A DNA stretch of 64,000 nt from Escherichia coli (lineage in GTDB: Bacteria; Pseudomonadota; Gammaproteobacteria; Enterobacterales; Enterobacteriaceae), in NCBI RefSeq assembly GCF_003334305.1, contig NZ_QOWS01000003.1, one strand, 5' to 3'. Every line of letters starts with the position of its first letter. Within the stretch, counting starts at the first letter, position 1. Below the pieces are notes generated by a model. It was not told where the DNA came from, searched no databases, and saw only the letters and a program-made list of their open reading frames with translations. A program made the translations under genes and the position numbers. Below, piece after piece: positions 35,966 through 45,962 of this stretch.

Positions 35966-37435
35966 TCAAATAACTCCAAGCTTTGCATACAATTCTTTTT
36001 TCTCTTTCATGCTGTTATCCAATGGTGCTACTCGCAATGCCGCTTTCAAATAAGCCGCAGCACCAGAGTAATCACGCATTTGCTCGCAAACTAAAATGAG
36101 TTGGCTTAACACATGGAACTTCATTGGAGTTGTTTGGTTTACTTTCTCCAATAGTACTCTTGCTTCAGAATATTTCGCTTCAAGGCCAAGGATAGATGAT
36201 TCTAAATACATGGTGGCCGCGTTTTCTGCTTCAGCTTGCTTTCGTTGCAACAGCCAGAAATTTGCTTGACTGATATTGCGTAACTGTAGGTTTGCCTTAA
36301 CTATCAACTCGAACAAAGCTGCTGGTTGAGTCAATTTACCCTCAAGTAAGATCGCTTTATTATCTTCTACAACTTTTTCAAAGTCGAATAAGCGATTGGC
36401 GCGATACAAGGCAATAAGTTGCTGATGTAAAGCTTGTAGATCTTTACTGCGGCTATACTCCTGCGACGCTAATTGAGCAGCTTTTTGGTAAGATTGATCG
36501 GACATTGCTTCAAGTACCGCACTTGACCAGTCCTGAGCAGGTTTAGTTTGAAAAACGGGAGCAATAGCACCAACTTTTAATTGCTTAGTGGCAGCAGAAT
36601 CAAATGCATGAATTAAGTCGGAAATAGTGGAAAAGCGATCCTCCGCTCGTTTTTGTAAACAAGTAAGAACCACTTGTTCCAGGTCCGTATGAATAGAGCT
36701 ATTAATCTCTGTCGGAAGCTTGAAAGGTGCGTGGCGCTGAACTTGTGCTGGCGTATCATGGGGCAGCTTTCCTGTCAGCAGCTGGTATAGCAAAACACCT
36801 AAGCTATAGATGTCGCCCAATAGTAGCTCTTCCAGGCTGCCTCTACGGCTATCGACGTTGGAGAACTCTGGGGCCGAATACAGCACAGTCCCGCCATTTT
36901 CACGGGTACGAACGTAAATTTCTTCTGGTAAAGCTGAGCTGCCAAAGTCCGTCAACTTCACCAGGTCCCGCTCTCCAACCAAAATGTTATGTGGCTTAAT
37001 ATCTCCATGAGATATTGGTACTGGTAATTCGGCCAAATAATGCACAGCACAGAGCACTTGACGATATATTCTGAACAACCGTTCATAGGTCTGGCCAAAA
37101 TTACGCTGCCTGTCATCGAGCTTTTGCGCCAGGGTTTGGCTGGGAAAATACTCCATTTCAATATAGAACCATTCATTATCTATACGGCCCATATCAAAAA
37201 TTTGCACAATATTTTCGTGCGGCTCGACGTTTAAAAGCTCTTTACCTTCGGCAAGCTGACGGTCTTCCCGAGTAATATCCTTAGGGATTTTTACTGCGAC
37301 AATTTTTCCATCTTTCAGGCGTTCCGCCCGCCATACCCAGCCATGGCTGCCATCACCAAGGCATTCAAGTAACAGGTATTTGTCACCAAGGCGTTTATTC
37401 GTCCCTGGCAAAAAATGTGCTGATTTTATATTCAC
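35966..37435 (-). CDS. Eukaryotic-like (Hanks-type) Ser/Thr protein kinase with helical/TPR-like C-terminal half
   Basis: Gly-rich loop LGDGSHGWVW, VAVK lysine, catalytic loop HGDIKPHNIL, DFG and SAPE motifs; GTG start overlaps the upstream stop (GTGA). Confidence 0.75.
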   Translation of the reverse strand: MNIKSAHFLPGTNKRLGDKYLLLECLGDGSHGWVWRAERLKDGKIVAVKIPKDITREDRQLAEGKELLNVEPHENIVQIFDMGRIDNEWFYIEMEYFPSQTLAQKLDDRQRNFGQTYERLFRIYRQVLCAVHYLAELPVPISHGDIKPHNILVGERDLVKLTDFGSSALPEEIYVRTRENGGTVLYSAPEFSNVDSRRGSLEELLLGDIYSLGVLLYQLLTGKLPHDTPAQVQRHAPFKLPTEINSSIHTDLEQVVLTCLQKRAEDRFSTISDLIHAFDSAATKQLKVGAIAPVFQTKPAQDWSSAVLEAMSDQSYQKAAQLASQEYSRSKDLQALHQQLIALYRANRLFDFEKVVEDNKAILLEGKLTQPAALFELIVKANLQLRNISQANFWLLQRKQAEAENAATMYLESSILGLEAKYSEARVLLEKVNQTTPMKFHVLSQLILVCEQMRDYSGAAAYLKAALRVAPLDNSMKEKKELYAKLGVI

Positions 37436-37974
37436 ATCAACACCTCATAGTGAATTCTGTCCAAAACAATCATGTTCAGGTTTTTGATAAATAAAAAGCG
37501 ACTAAATACCACCTCAACATCAGGAGCGGCGATTACTTGGGTACCCGTGGACGAAGTAAAACCCATACGGCATATGTCTTTCAGTTTTTGAGTATCAGGT
37601 ACACCTACTAAGCCTTGGCTCCAGGCACTGAGGACCAGGGTTTTGGGGCAATGATTCCAGCGCTGTGCTGCTTCCAGTAAGTTTTTTAATTTTTCTTCCA
37701 GCTTTTGCTGCCCCTTCGCTGAACCATCAAAGCGTTCAAATTCGATTAAACACACAGGCGATGCAGAAGATTTATGAAACCAGCCCGAGTCAGAGCGAAT
37801 ATCAGCACCAAATGTCCCTGGAGCCGGGCATTCCACTACCGCCATAAATGACTGTTCATGCCCGAATGTATTCCAAACGCTACAGCCCAGGCTGTGGACC
37901 AATACATCCTGGTCCAATAGCTTACCGCTTGCTAAAAGTGGAAATGTCTCATTTACCCAGGCAACTTCAGGCAT
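37432..37974 (-). CDS. Hypothetical protein (about 180 aa; the listed ORF extends to 38031)
   Basis: ORF translationally coupled between the HerA-like gene and the kinase gene; no motif recognised. Confidence 0.5.
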   Translation of the reverse strand: MPEVAWVNETFPLLASGKLLDQDVLVHSLGCSVWNTFGHEQSFMAVVECPAPGTFGADIRSDSGWFHKSSASPVCLIEFERFDGSAKGQQKLEEKLKNLLEAAQRWNHCPKTLVLSAWSQGLVGVPDTQKLKDICRMGFTSSTGTQVIAAPDVEVVFSRFLFIKNLNMIVLDRIHYEVLM

Positions 37975-37981
37975 AGGCACC

Positions 37982-39667
37982 TTAGCCACTGAAAGAGCCC
38001 CAAACACGCAGTACCTCTGGTGATTCACCACCGTGAATTAATGCCTTACTACCAACTTTAACAAGCAGTGGTGCAGGGATTGAACGACCACACACCAAAG
38101 CTTCACCGGTTGATAAACTCGGGAGTTCCTCCAGATCAGCTTTGCTCACCATATCTGATGCTTTAGCTATAAATCGTTGATCGTCAGGGTTCTTTAAGCG
38201 CATCGTAATTAGCGTATTGCACTGAGAGGTCACATCTGAATCTAATTTCGATGGACGCTGGCTCACAATGCCAAATCCAACGCCAAATTTACGACCTTCA
38301 CCAGCGATCTTTTTAATAATGCGGTGACTGACTGCGTTGCCGCCGGCCGGGGCAAAATTATGACCCTCTTCGTAAATGATAAAGCATGGGCGCAGCGGGT
38401 CCGTTTTGCTCGAGGCTGCTTTTAATATTTCACTAGATAACAGTGCACAAATGACTTGCTTAGCGGTATCACTCAAACCTTGTAAGTCAACAACGACTAA
38501 ACGCCCCTGTTGATTGCTCGGGCGACCCACCATTTTGTAAATATCAGTTGGCTCAGCCATTGTTGCGCTGTAAAAACTTTTAGCTTCATTAAGCACACGT
38601 GAAAGCTTCATCGAGGCGACGGCGGCACTACGGCCTGATAACGCCTTCGCCTCAGCTTCAGAAAGGTCGTCCCACTCTTTTAACTCTTCAATACCATCAC
38701 CTAATAAGAAGCGTAGGCGGTTAATATCTCGTGGCTCAGTCTTATCTGCAGAGCGCCAATAACGAATTGCAACATCGAGTACTCGTTGCTGCGGTTCCGT
38801 TAAGCCAGGTAATATTTCAGCAATATCGTCCATTTCAAAATGGTCAAACTGAAGCGCTAATGGCGTATTCTTACTGGCGTATTTATGTTTAAAAGATTCA
38901 TGCTGCGGCGAGTAAACCTGAATACCTGCACCGGCGGCTTGCAGCTTTTCAAAGGTCTGTTTTATCAGTGGCAGTGCTTCTTGATCACGCTTATCGTCAG
39001 TGGCTTCTAAGAAGCTTGAGAATTGCAGATTACCGCCAGCGAGGGCTTTACCGTATTCACCATGTGGGTCAAATACTACTACCGTACCGTTATTAACCGC
39101 AACTAAACGCTCAATAATGCGGCCAACTGTATAAGACTTACCTGAACCCGTCATTGCCAGAACAGCCAAATGCTCAGTGACCAACTTGTTCACGTCAATA
39201 AAAACAGGAACTGTATTCTCACCTTTGTCGTAGCCTACTAAGTTACCTAAGTGCAAACTGGAGTGTTCATTAAATTCGTAAAAATCACTCAAAAACTGAA
39301 AATCGACGGTTTCAACAGCGGTACCCGGGTTAAGCGGGCGACGTGGAATTTTGATTTGACGAGTAACAGGATCGCGGTAACCAACCAGCTCGACCTGAGC
39401 AAACATATTCTCACCAGTTACATTCGCACCGGGCAAAAGCTCAAGCTCGGTTACACCATCGCCAAAGCCGGCGTTATAGAGCATATTAGTACGGCTTATC
39501 TTGGTCACTCGCCCCAGTACGGCGACTTGCCCCTCATCTTTGCGTTCCTGGTGCATAATGCGTACAAACTCACCACGGCGTACTGAAAACGAGTCTTGTA
39601 CAACCATAGTTAACTGACTGGCATCACCAGTGTTACCGACTAATTTACCTAAAACTTTATAAGCCAT
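37982..39667 (-). CDS. HerA/FtsK-like ATPase
   Basis: Walker A AMTGSGKS, DPHGEY motif, Walker B FIIYEEGHNF, arginine-finger region SQRPSKLD. Confidence 0.75.
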   Translation of the reverse strand: MAYKVLGKLVGNTGDASQLTMVVQDSFSVRRGEFVRIMHQERKDEGQVAVLGRVTKISRTNMLYNAGFGDGVTELELLPGANVTGENMFAQVELVGYRDPVTRQIKIPRRPLNPGTAVETVDFQFLSDFYEFNEHSSLHLGNLVGYDKGENTVPVFIDVNKLVTEHLAVLAMTGSGKSYTVGRIIERLVAVNNGTVVVFDPHGEYGKALAGGNLQFSSFLEATDDKRDQEALPLIKQTFEKLQAAGAGIQVYSPQHESFKHKYASKNTPLALQFDHFEMDDIAEILPGLTEPQQRVLDVAIRYWRSADKTEPRDINRLRFLLGDGIEELKEWDDLSEAEAKALSGRSAAVASMKLSRVLNEAKSFYSATMAEPTDIYKMVGRPSNQQGRLVVVDLQGLSDTAKQVICALLSSEILKAASSKTDPLRPCFIIYEEGHNFAPAGGNAVSHRIIKKIAGEGRKFGVGFGIVSQRPSKLDSDVTSQCNTLITMRLKNPDDQRFIAKASDMVSKADLEELPSLSTGEALVCGRSIPAPLLVKVGSKALIHGGESPEVLRVWGSFSG

Positions 39668-40814
39668 TATTCAATCCCTCATCGAGGCCTGCCAACCACC
39701 CTGCCTCAATATCATTATTCTTTAGTGCCTGGTGTAAACCCTGGCGATAAAACGTAGCAAATTTAGGTAAAATACCAAGCTGTTGATAACCAAGTAATTG
39801 TGGCAACGGCATTGCATTACCTTTGTTTTGCATATCCAGCACCATCAGGCGAGAGGCAACTAAATCGAGATCAGCACTTTTCCATTCTGGTTCGTCACCC
39901 GCTAATTGCACCATTTTTATCTGTCCACCTCGGGCACTACGGAAGTGAAAACCAATTAGACCTTGCTTAGCTTCAATATTGGGTTCAATGCGCTTTTCTT
40001 GTTCAGACAAACGAAATGCGATGGTGCGCGAATAGTTGCCTAAAATGCCATTGATAAATCGCAAATCTCCCACGCCAACCAAACTTTCATCCAGTCCTTC
40101 CAGATTTTGCATCAACTCTTTAGAAAACCCATCAGATGCTAAAATTTGTTTGCGTCCTTGTTCGGTACGTAAATCTTGTTTGGCGATACTTACAATGGCA
40201 CTAAAGCGCTCAGCCAAAATGCTCGCAAGTACTACACCATTTTGATTCCAGGGAAAAATTCTGGAGCGATGGTTTTGCCAAAAAGTTTCTATCACTTGTC
40301 TGGTTTTTTCGTACTCTTGTTTATGACGGACATTTCTCTCCAGCGGAGCCATATCCCGTGCTAAAAACAACGGCGTATCCAGCAAAATTAAATCGCCAGG
40401 CTCATAACCTAAAAGTTTTTTCTCAACTAACTGATAAGCCTGACGAATTTCAATTAAATCAAGCCGTTTACGCTGAGCTTCAAAATCAATATCATCCAGT
40501 TCTGATACCGAGTCGCTACCCACCGTGCTGACTTTATTGTCATCTATTAACAAATCTGTGCGCACTGCTGCACTGGCATAAATAAAACCACCCAATACCT
40601 TGTCTAAGCACGATTTAGTCGCAATACCGGCTACGCGTAAATTAACAATTGTGGGCTTGGGGACCGCTTTCACTAAGCCAGCATCACGGAATAGCGGCGC
40701 CACTTGCTCAATATCACGGACCTGTTTAAGCAAGCGTCCTGCACTTCCCGGTAAGCGAAGCTGGCTATCGATGGCGAGCGATTGCGCTAAATTCATCGTT
40801 TTGTTCTCATTCAT
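39657..40814 (-). CDS. Hypothetical protein (about 385 aa), possible partner of the HerA-like ATPase
   Basis: Coupled ORF (11-nt overlap with the HerA-like start); start set at MNENK; no diagnostic motif recognised. Confidence 0.5.
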   Translation of the reverse strand: MNENKTMNLAQSLAIDSQLRLPGSAGRLLKQVRDIEQVAPLFRDAGLVKAVPKPTIVNLRVAGIATKSCLDKVLGGFIYASAAVRTDLLIDDNKVSTVGSDSVSELDDIDFEAQRKRLDLIEIRQAYQLVEKKLLGYEPGDLILLDTPLFLARDMAPLERNVRHKQEYEKTRQVIETFWQNHRSRIFPWNQNGVVLASILAERFSAIVSIAKQDLRTEQGRKQILASDGFSKELMQNLEGLDESLVGVGDLRFINGILGNYSRTIAFRLSEQEKRIEPNIEAKQGLIGFHFRSARGGQIKMVQLAGDEPEWKSADLDLVASRLMVLDMQNKGNAMPLPQLLGYQQLGILPKFATFYRQGLHQALKNNDIEAGWLAGLDEGLNNGL

Positions 40815-40816
40815 GC

Positions 40817-41692
40817 TTATAGCGTTCCTGTGTGTAGCTGCTCGCCAAGTAATGGGGCATAAGCCCAATATTGCGAGGCTTGTAGGCATGTTTTACCGGT
40901 AGCTGTTATGCCCGCGTCGTCGATAAAATCGTGCTGCCGCAACATCTCACCCCGCTTGACAATATCAAGGCTATTAACATCAAACATCAGCTTAACCGCA
41001 TTATGCTCAGACAACGCTTGTAAGTTCATGCCACCGCCAGCGTAGAGTAATAGCAATACAACTAGATCGTGCTTATCTGGCGTGTAGTCAGTTGATGGCG
41101 CTTTAGGTTCGATTATTCGTTCAGCAATGCCTGCATGGTCCACAAACCAATTCAACCAGCTCACCAGGAGCTCACTATGATCGAGTAAAGTCAGCGACCA
41201 CAAAGGTAACGTGGTAAAGGCTAATAGCCCACTGTTGCTGTGTTTTCGTATGTAGCGGGTATGCACTACATCACCGGCCTGGTGCTGGTAGCGATCTGCG
41301 CTGCCAGTAAAGCCAGCAATAGCCTGGTCTGTTTCACTGGCTAGCAAAGCGGTTAGCCCCGGTTCCTGCCCCCTCAAGCTCGCTGGTACTAACTGCCAAT
41401 CCAGTGGATAGGGCAATTGCGCTAATAAGGTAAATTGTTCTGCTTTCAGGTTTATTACCAAAGCGGCACAACCTGCCTGCATAGCCCAGTGATACAGGTG
41501 CTGCATAGTATTAGCGTCAGTCAACTCTTCTGCTTGCACTATTAACAAACCGCTGGCTGGCGGCGAGCTAATCCAATCCTTCATTAAGGGGGTAGCCCCC
41601 GCAACAGTTTGCAAAAAACGGCCTTTACGATTACTGGCCAGTGCCGCAGATAAATAACGACTCATCGCGTCACCTCTACAAACCAGTGGCAA
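40817..41692 (-). CDS. Hypothetical protein (about 290 aa)
   Basis: Coupled ORF overlapping the stop of the 1428-aa gene; no motif recognised. Confidence 0.5.
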   Translation of the reverse strand: MPLVCRGDAMSRYLSAALASNRKGRFLQTVAGATPLMKDWISSPPASGLLIVQAEELTDANTMQHLYHWAMQAGCAALVINLKAEQFTLLAQLPYPLDWQLVPASLRGQEPGLTALLASETDQAIAGFTGSADRYQHQAGDVVHTRYIRKHSNSGLLAFTTLPLWSLTLLDHSELLVSWLNWFVDHAGIAERIIEPKAPSTDYTPDKHDLVVLLLLYAGGGMNLQALSEHNAVKLMFDVNSLDIVKRGEMLRQHDFIDDAGITATGKTCLQASQYWAYAPLLGEQLHTGTL

Positions 41693-44600
41693 AGGTAAGG
41701 CGCATTTTTACAATGCCTTTGTCTACAAGTCCTTTCTGTTGCTCAGGTGTTAACACGGGTTCCTGATTTTGGCTCAAAGCCTTATAAATCGGTTGCCAAT
41801 CCGCCAGTGTTAAGCCTGTATCATTTAATATTTGCTCACCTTGACTCTGCCATTTGGCCTGGGTGCTTTCACACACCTGTTGAAGTTCTCTGACACCCAA
41901 ATTGCTCACATCCTCCAGAGTCAACGCTGCTGGTTCCGCTTGCTTTTGAGAAGCCAATAGCGGTTTTAATAACGGCAGCCAGCTGTTTACCTGTGCGATG
42001 GAGTTGCGTCTTACTTGGTTTAGACGCTCTTCAATTTTAAGTAGCTGGCCTTGAATCGGTGTAAGTTGACCGCGTGCCGGTTTTAAAAGCTCTTCTGGTA
42101 AATCCCGTAACGATGAAAACTGCCCATTGCGCAAACTGTTTTGCATACTTTGACGCTTGCTCTCTGCATCACTGGGGAGATCGGCAATAGCATCTTCAAT
42201 GAGCTGTAATTTCATTACCAGTTTTGGTAGCTCTGCAATGTCATCGGCGAACTGATACTCAGCCGTGGCGCTACTAAGCCATTCTTGCAGTTGTTGTGCA
42301 CGTAGTTTTTGCTCTGTGAGGTTATTAACCAGCTTACTAAATCGTTCTTTGCAGTTGCGGTAGCTGGACAAAATATGCCCCTGAATCTCCGCTATCGGCA
42401 ACTGTTGATCATTGTGCAGGTTTAAACCCACTTCTTGCGCTAAGGCTGAAAGCTTGTCATGCGCTCTACCTAAATCGAGTTTACGCAGGTAATGCAGTAA
42501 GGTATCGCTATCTGCTTGCTGCTCTTTTCGGCCAGTGGCACTGCTGGTATCGTCTTTTAACGCTCCATCTAAAATATGACCTATGGTGCGCAGCGTGTTG
42601 GTGTACAGACGTTTCGGAAAATTCGTCAGCGGGGCACACTCTGTTTCAACATCTATGATTAAATCAACGAGTCGGTTGTTGATACGCTCAGCGCTGCACT
42701 CAACAAACTCGGCAAATAAACAGGCCTGTTCAATCCGTTGATAAAGCGAGGTCGTTTTGTCTTCTAAGCTGAGAATATGGGCATCTTTTAGCATAGGCCT
42801 GGAACTATTAAGCGGTTTAACCTTTGCTACCAGCTCCAGCACTTCAGCGCGTTTGTGGATAAGCCCTGCCAATACTTTCGTGTCGTTGGCCTCGACCATA
42901 TCAGCCAATTGTTCTTCTTGCTGTTTGAGCACGTTAAATAGCGATTGTGCTTTTTCCAGCTGCTCTTTAGCTTCCACGGTGACGAAACCCAGCTTATTTT
43001 TACCCAGTGGCGCGAACATTTCATTAATGCGTGCATAACCATACACGCGGCTCATGACTTCCACATTGGCTGCATAGCTGCCCATATCGTTACCACGGAA
43101 CCAGTTTTGCGCTTCTCTAATGGCATTTTCTAAGCGGGAGCGCGGGTAGTGCTCCCAAATTGCCTGTTTTTCTGTTGGATTGGTTAAAGTGAGTAAGTTC
43201 AGCTCTCCACACCACCACATCCAGTCATTAAACACGCCTTTGGCGGTAACACTCGTTTCAGCCACATAGGCGAAATAAAACTGTTGCTTAAAGCCTTCGA
43301 ATTGCCACTTGTGCTTTTTATTAGGGTGAGCAATACGGGCTAAAAATAATGGGATCTGCGCCTGGCTTCGCTGCACATTATTAAGTTCAGTAAATAGCCC
43401 GGCATGTTCATCGGCAGTGTAACCTTTGGCAATATAGCTGCCCGGCACCTTAAGTTTATCCAACAAGCTGCTCAGCTCATTCACTGGCACGCCGTGTTGC
43501 TGCTGTAAATCGAGAATGCCATTTAACTCAGGGTGAGCAATGGCCAGCTGATACCAGCCTTTAAACAACAGGTCTCGGTCATTCGGTGATAATTTACCAT
43601 CTACCTTTAACGGCCAGGCAATTAAACCGCGCTGCTGCAAACGCTGGCGCCACTTGTGAATGGCATCCGTGGCAAAGGTTGTCAGGGCATGCAGCTTGTT
43701 TTTGAATTTCGCGGTAAAGCTGTCGGCAGTTAAATTCACGCCGTGCAACTGACATGCTGCCAAACTTAAGCCAATACGCTCTAACTGGTCTGCTTCGCTT
43801 GGGTTGACATAATGCAGCAGTATCGCATCACGCAACTCATTTCTTTCATCCAGTCGGCTGTATTGCTCCATGAGATGTGCAGAAGCAGTTAACGCTAATA
43901 CTGGCGTGCGACCATTTTGGTGGCTGTGGTTTGCCGCAAAGGTGTGAAGATTGTTCAGCTCAATTAGGTTGCTGACCCAGGCAAACAAGGCTTTACCTTC
44001 TGGGTGAAGCTTAAATCCATCCAGGGTAAGTAAACCACCCTGGCGGCCACGGGGCTCGGTTAAAATGGCCAAAGGTGCATCGTCGCTGCCCGCTTTATTA
44101 CTCAGCAAGTTTTCATCATAGGTCCAGTTGTTATCAAGTAATCTCACAAAGCCCGTTACACGGGCTAATGCCTTGATGAGCGGCTTCTGGCTACTTTGTT
44201 TGCTAAGTTCACTCATTGCCTGTTCATGAGCGTCGCCCATGGCGGGATCTTTAAAAATCAGTGAGTTTTGCTGGGCACTGCGATAGCGCAAATCCAGGCG
44301 CAGTAACATCGCCACACTGGGGCCAATATGCGTTGCTTCGCTGGCGTCCAGTTCGGTAGTTTCACCCACTAGCTTGTGCCATAAGGCATCGGCAGCGAAT
44401 TCAATCGCTGGGTGGTCATACAGCAAGCTGAGTAAGTATTTAAACTCACCTTTTGACAGAGGTAGTAATACCGCGCCTTTATCGCCGCTTGCGGCTTGTT
44501 CTTTAATTGAAAAAGTACGCAGGTTATCCAGCAAAGTATCTAAGTTCAGCGCTTGATCTACTGCAGGGTAGTACCATTCATCTTTATCGCGGCGGAATTT

Positions 44601-45962
44601 GGCTTGCTCCAGGGCTTGTCGGCACTGTAGGCGGTCAATGCTCAGTTTGCGGTAATGAGCGGCTATGGGTTCCAGATCTTCGTTTTTCAGCGCCAGCAAT
44701 TCTGTGGCATAGCCCATTTCAGCTAAGCGCACGGGTAATTGGCCGTAGAGCAAACTACGACATTCGGTCAATAGTGCCTGGTCGCGAGTTTGAATGCCTT
44801 CTATCGCGCCTTTATCCAGCACATGCCTGGCTACGCGGCCAGAGCCTGCCAGCACAGCTTCAAATAAATCGCCCACATCCTTGATACTGCGGCCTGCTTG
44901 TTGGTATTGGCTCAGCACTGCATCCACATTAGCCATGACCACGTTAAACCAACCGAAGTTGGCACCACTCATGGCGTATGCAGCTTCCACTAAACCAGCA
45001 GGGTAATTAAAACCCAGCTTGCCGTCTTTTAAGAGGCTTGCCACATAGTCTGATACATCGGCAAAGGCATTATGCTCAAGTTCCACTAACTCAAAGCGGC
45101 GTGCGACCGATTGAATTTCGCGCAATTGCTGGCCAAGCAGTGGTGAACACAGCGCTACATAGCGCAACCATGGAAGTTTACGGCGAGGGTCTTCCTCTTT
45201 AATTGCTTTACCAATCAGGCGAATGGCCTGGCCATCGAGGCGTTTATTTTGTTCATCTTCCAGGCCAAAGGTGGCGGCTTCTGCAACGGTTTCCAGCTCA
45301 TCCAGCACCACCAACATATACTGCACGCCAAAGCTCTTTAATACTTTATAGGCGGCTTGCACCAAACTGACTACCAGCGTTTGGTCAGTATAGAGGTCTT
45401 CTTCGCTGTGGTTGGCGTTCAGCTGTAAGGCATCTGCTAACAGTTCAGATTTAAAGCCAAATGGCATTAAGCGTTCATAGGCTTGTTTGGCAATTTCACT
45501 TTGAATCGATCCATCAAAGGTTTGGGTGGCCAGTGGTAATAGCGCCTGATATAAACCAAAAGCAAACCAGTTATCCGAGTTTTGATAATCTGATGCCACT
45601 TGCGAGTAGCGAATGTAGAGCGCCAGGTATTTGTCTTGCGTGTCGCGATTAAACAGCTGCTTATCGTGCAGTTGGCCTTGTTCGTCGCGGACAAACCAGC
45701 CCCTTGAACAGTCGTTAATTTGTGCAACCAATTCATGGCCTAAACGTGATTTACCCCGACCCCATTCGGCTTCGACGGCAAACACATGGGCAAAGCGATC
45801 ATCGTCGTGATCCACCGTATGCAAAAAGGTTTGAAAGCGTTTAAAAAAGCGGCTCTGGCCCACTAACGGGTCGCGAGGTGGATAATCTGATACGCCCGTC
45901 GCCGCCCAGCGATGTTGTTTTGCCAGGCTATCAACCATCTGTTCGTTTAATTCAAAACTCAT
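41676..45962 (-). CDS. Large (1428 aa) P-loop NTPase-domain protein
   Basis: Walker A-like VEAEWGRGKS and Walker B-like YMLVVLDELE in the N-terminal 250 aa; the long remainder has no recognisable motifs; ATGA overlap with the upstream gene. Confidence 0.6.
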   Translation of the reverse strand: MSFELNEQMVDSLAKQHRWAATGVSDYPPRDPLVGQSRFFKRFQTFLHTVDHDDDRFAHVFAVEAEWGRGKSRLGHELVAQINDCSRGWFVRDEQGQLHDKQLFNRDTQDKYLALYIRYSQVASDYQNSDNWFAFGLYQALLPLATQTFDGSIQSEIAKQAYERLMPFGFKSELLADALQLNANHSEEDLYTDQTLVVSLVQAAYKVLKSFGVQYMLVVLDELETVAEAATFGLEDEQNKRLDGQAIRLIGKAIKEEDPRRKLPWLRYVALCSPLLGQQLREIQSVARRFELVELEHNAFADVSDYVASLLKDGKLGFNYPAGLVEAAYAMSGANFGWFNVVMANVDAVLSQYQQAGRSIKDVGDLFEAVLAGSGRVARHVLDKGAIEGIQTRDQALLTECRSLLYGQLPVRLAEMGYATELLALKNEDLEPIAAHYRKLSIDRLQCRQALEQAKFRRDKDEWYYPAVDQALNLDTLLDNLRTFSIKEQAASGDKGAVLLPLSKGEFKYLLSLLYDHPAIEFAADALWHKLVGETTELDASEATHIGPSVAMLLRLDLRYRSAQQNSLIFKDPAMGDAHEQAMSELSKQSSQKPLIKALARVTGFVRLLDNNWTYDENLLSNKAGSDDAPLAILTEPRGRQGGLLTLDGFKLHPEGKALFAWVSNLIELNNLHTFAANHSHQNGRTPVLALTASAHLMEQYSRLDERNELRDAILLHYVNPSEADQLERIGLSLAACQLHGVNLTADSFTAKFKNKLHALTTFATDAIHKWRQRLQQRGLIAWPLKVDGKLSPNDRDLLFKGWYQLAIAHPELNGILDLQQQHGVPVNELSSLLDKLKVPGSYIAKGYTADEHAGLFTELNNVQRSQAQIPLFLARIAHPNKKHKWQFEGFKQQFYFAYVAETSVTAKGVFNDWMWWCGELNLLTLTNPTEKQAIWEHYPRSRLENAIREAQNWFRGNDMGSYAANVEVMSRVYGYARINEMFAPLGKNKLGFVTVEAKEQLEKAQSLFNVLKQQEEQLADMVEANDTKVLAGLIHKRAEVLELVAKVKPLNSSRPMLKDAHILSLEDKTTSLYQRIEQACLFAEFVECSAERINNRLVDLIIDVETECAPLTNFPKRLYTNTLRTIGHILDGALKDDTSSATGRKEQQADSDTLLHYLRKLDLGRAHDKLSALAQEVGLNLHNDQQLPIAEIQGHILSSYRNCKERFSKLVNNLTEQKLRAQQLQEWLSSATAEYQFADDIAELPKLVMKLQLIEDAIADLPSDAESKRQSMQNSLRNGQFSSLRDLPEELLKPARGQLTPIQGQLLKIEERLNQVRRNSIAQVNSWLPLLKPLLASQKQAEPAALTLEDVSNLGVRELQQVCESTQAKWQSQGEQILNDTGLTLADWQPIYKALSQNQEPVLTPEQQKGLVDKGIVKMRLTFATGL

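Noticed and set aside
42757-43133. Several 60-93-aa ORFs on both strands inside the 1428-aa gene
   Set aside because: They are nested within or antisense to a long continuous ORF that shows operon coupling; no independent support.
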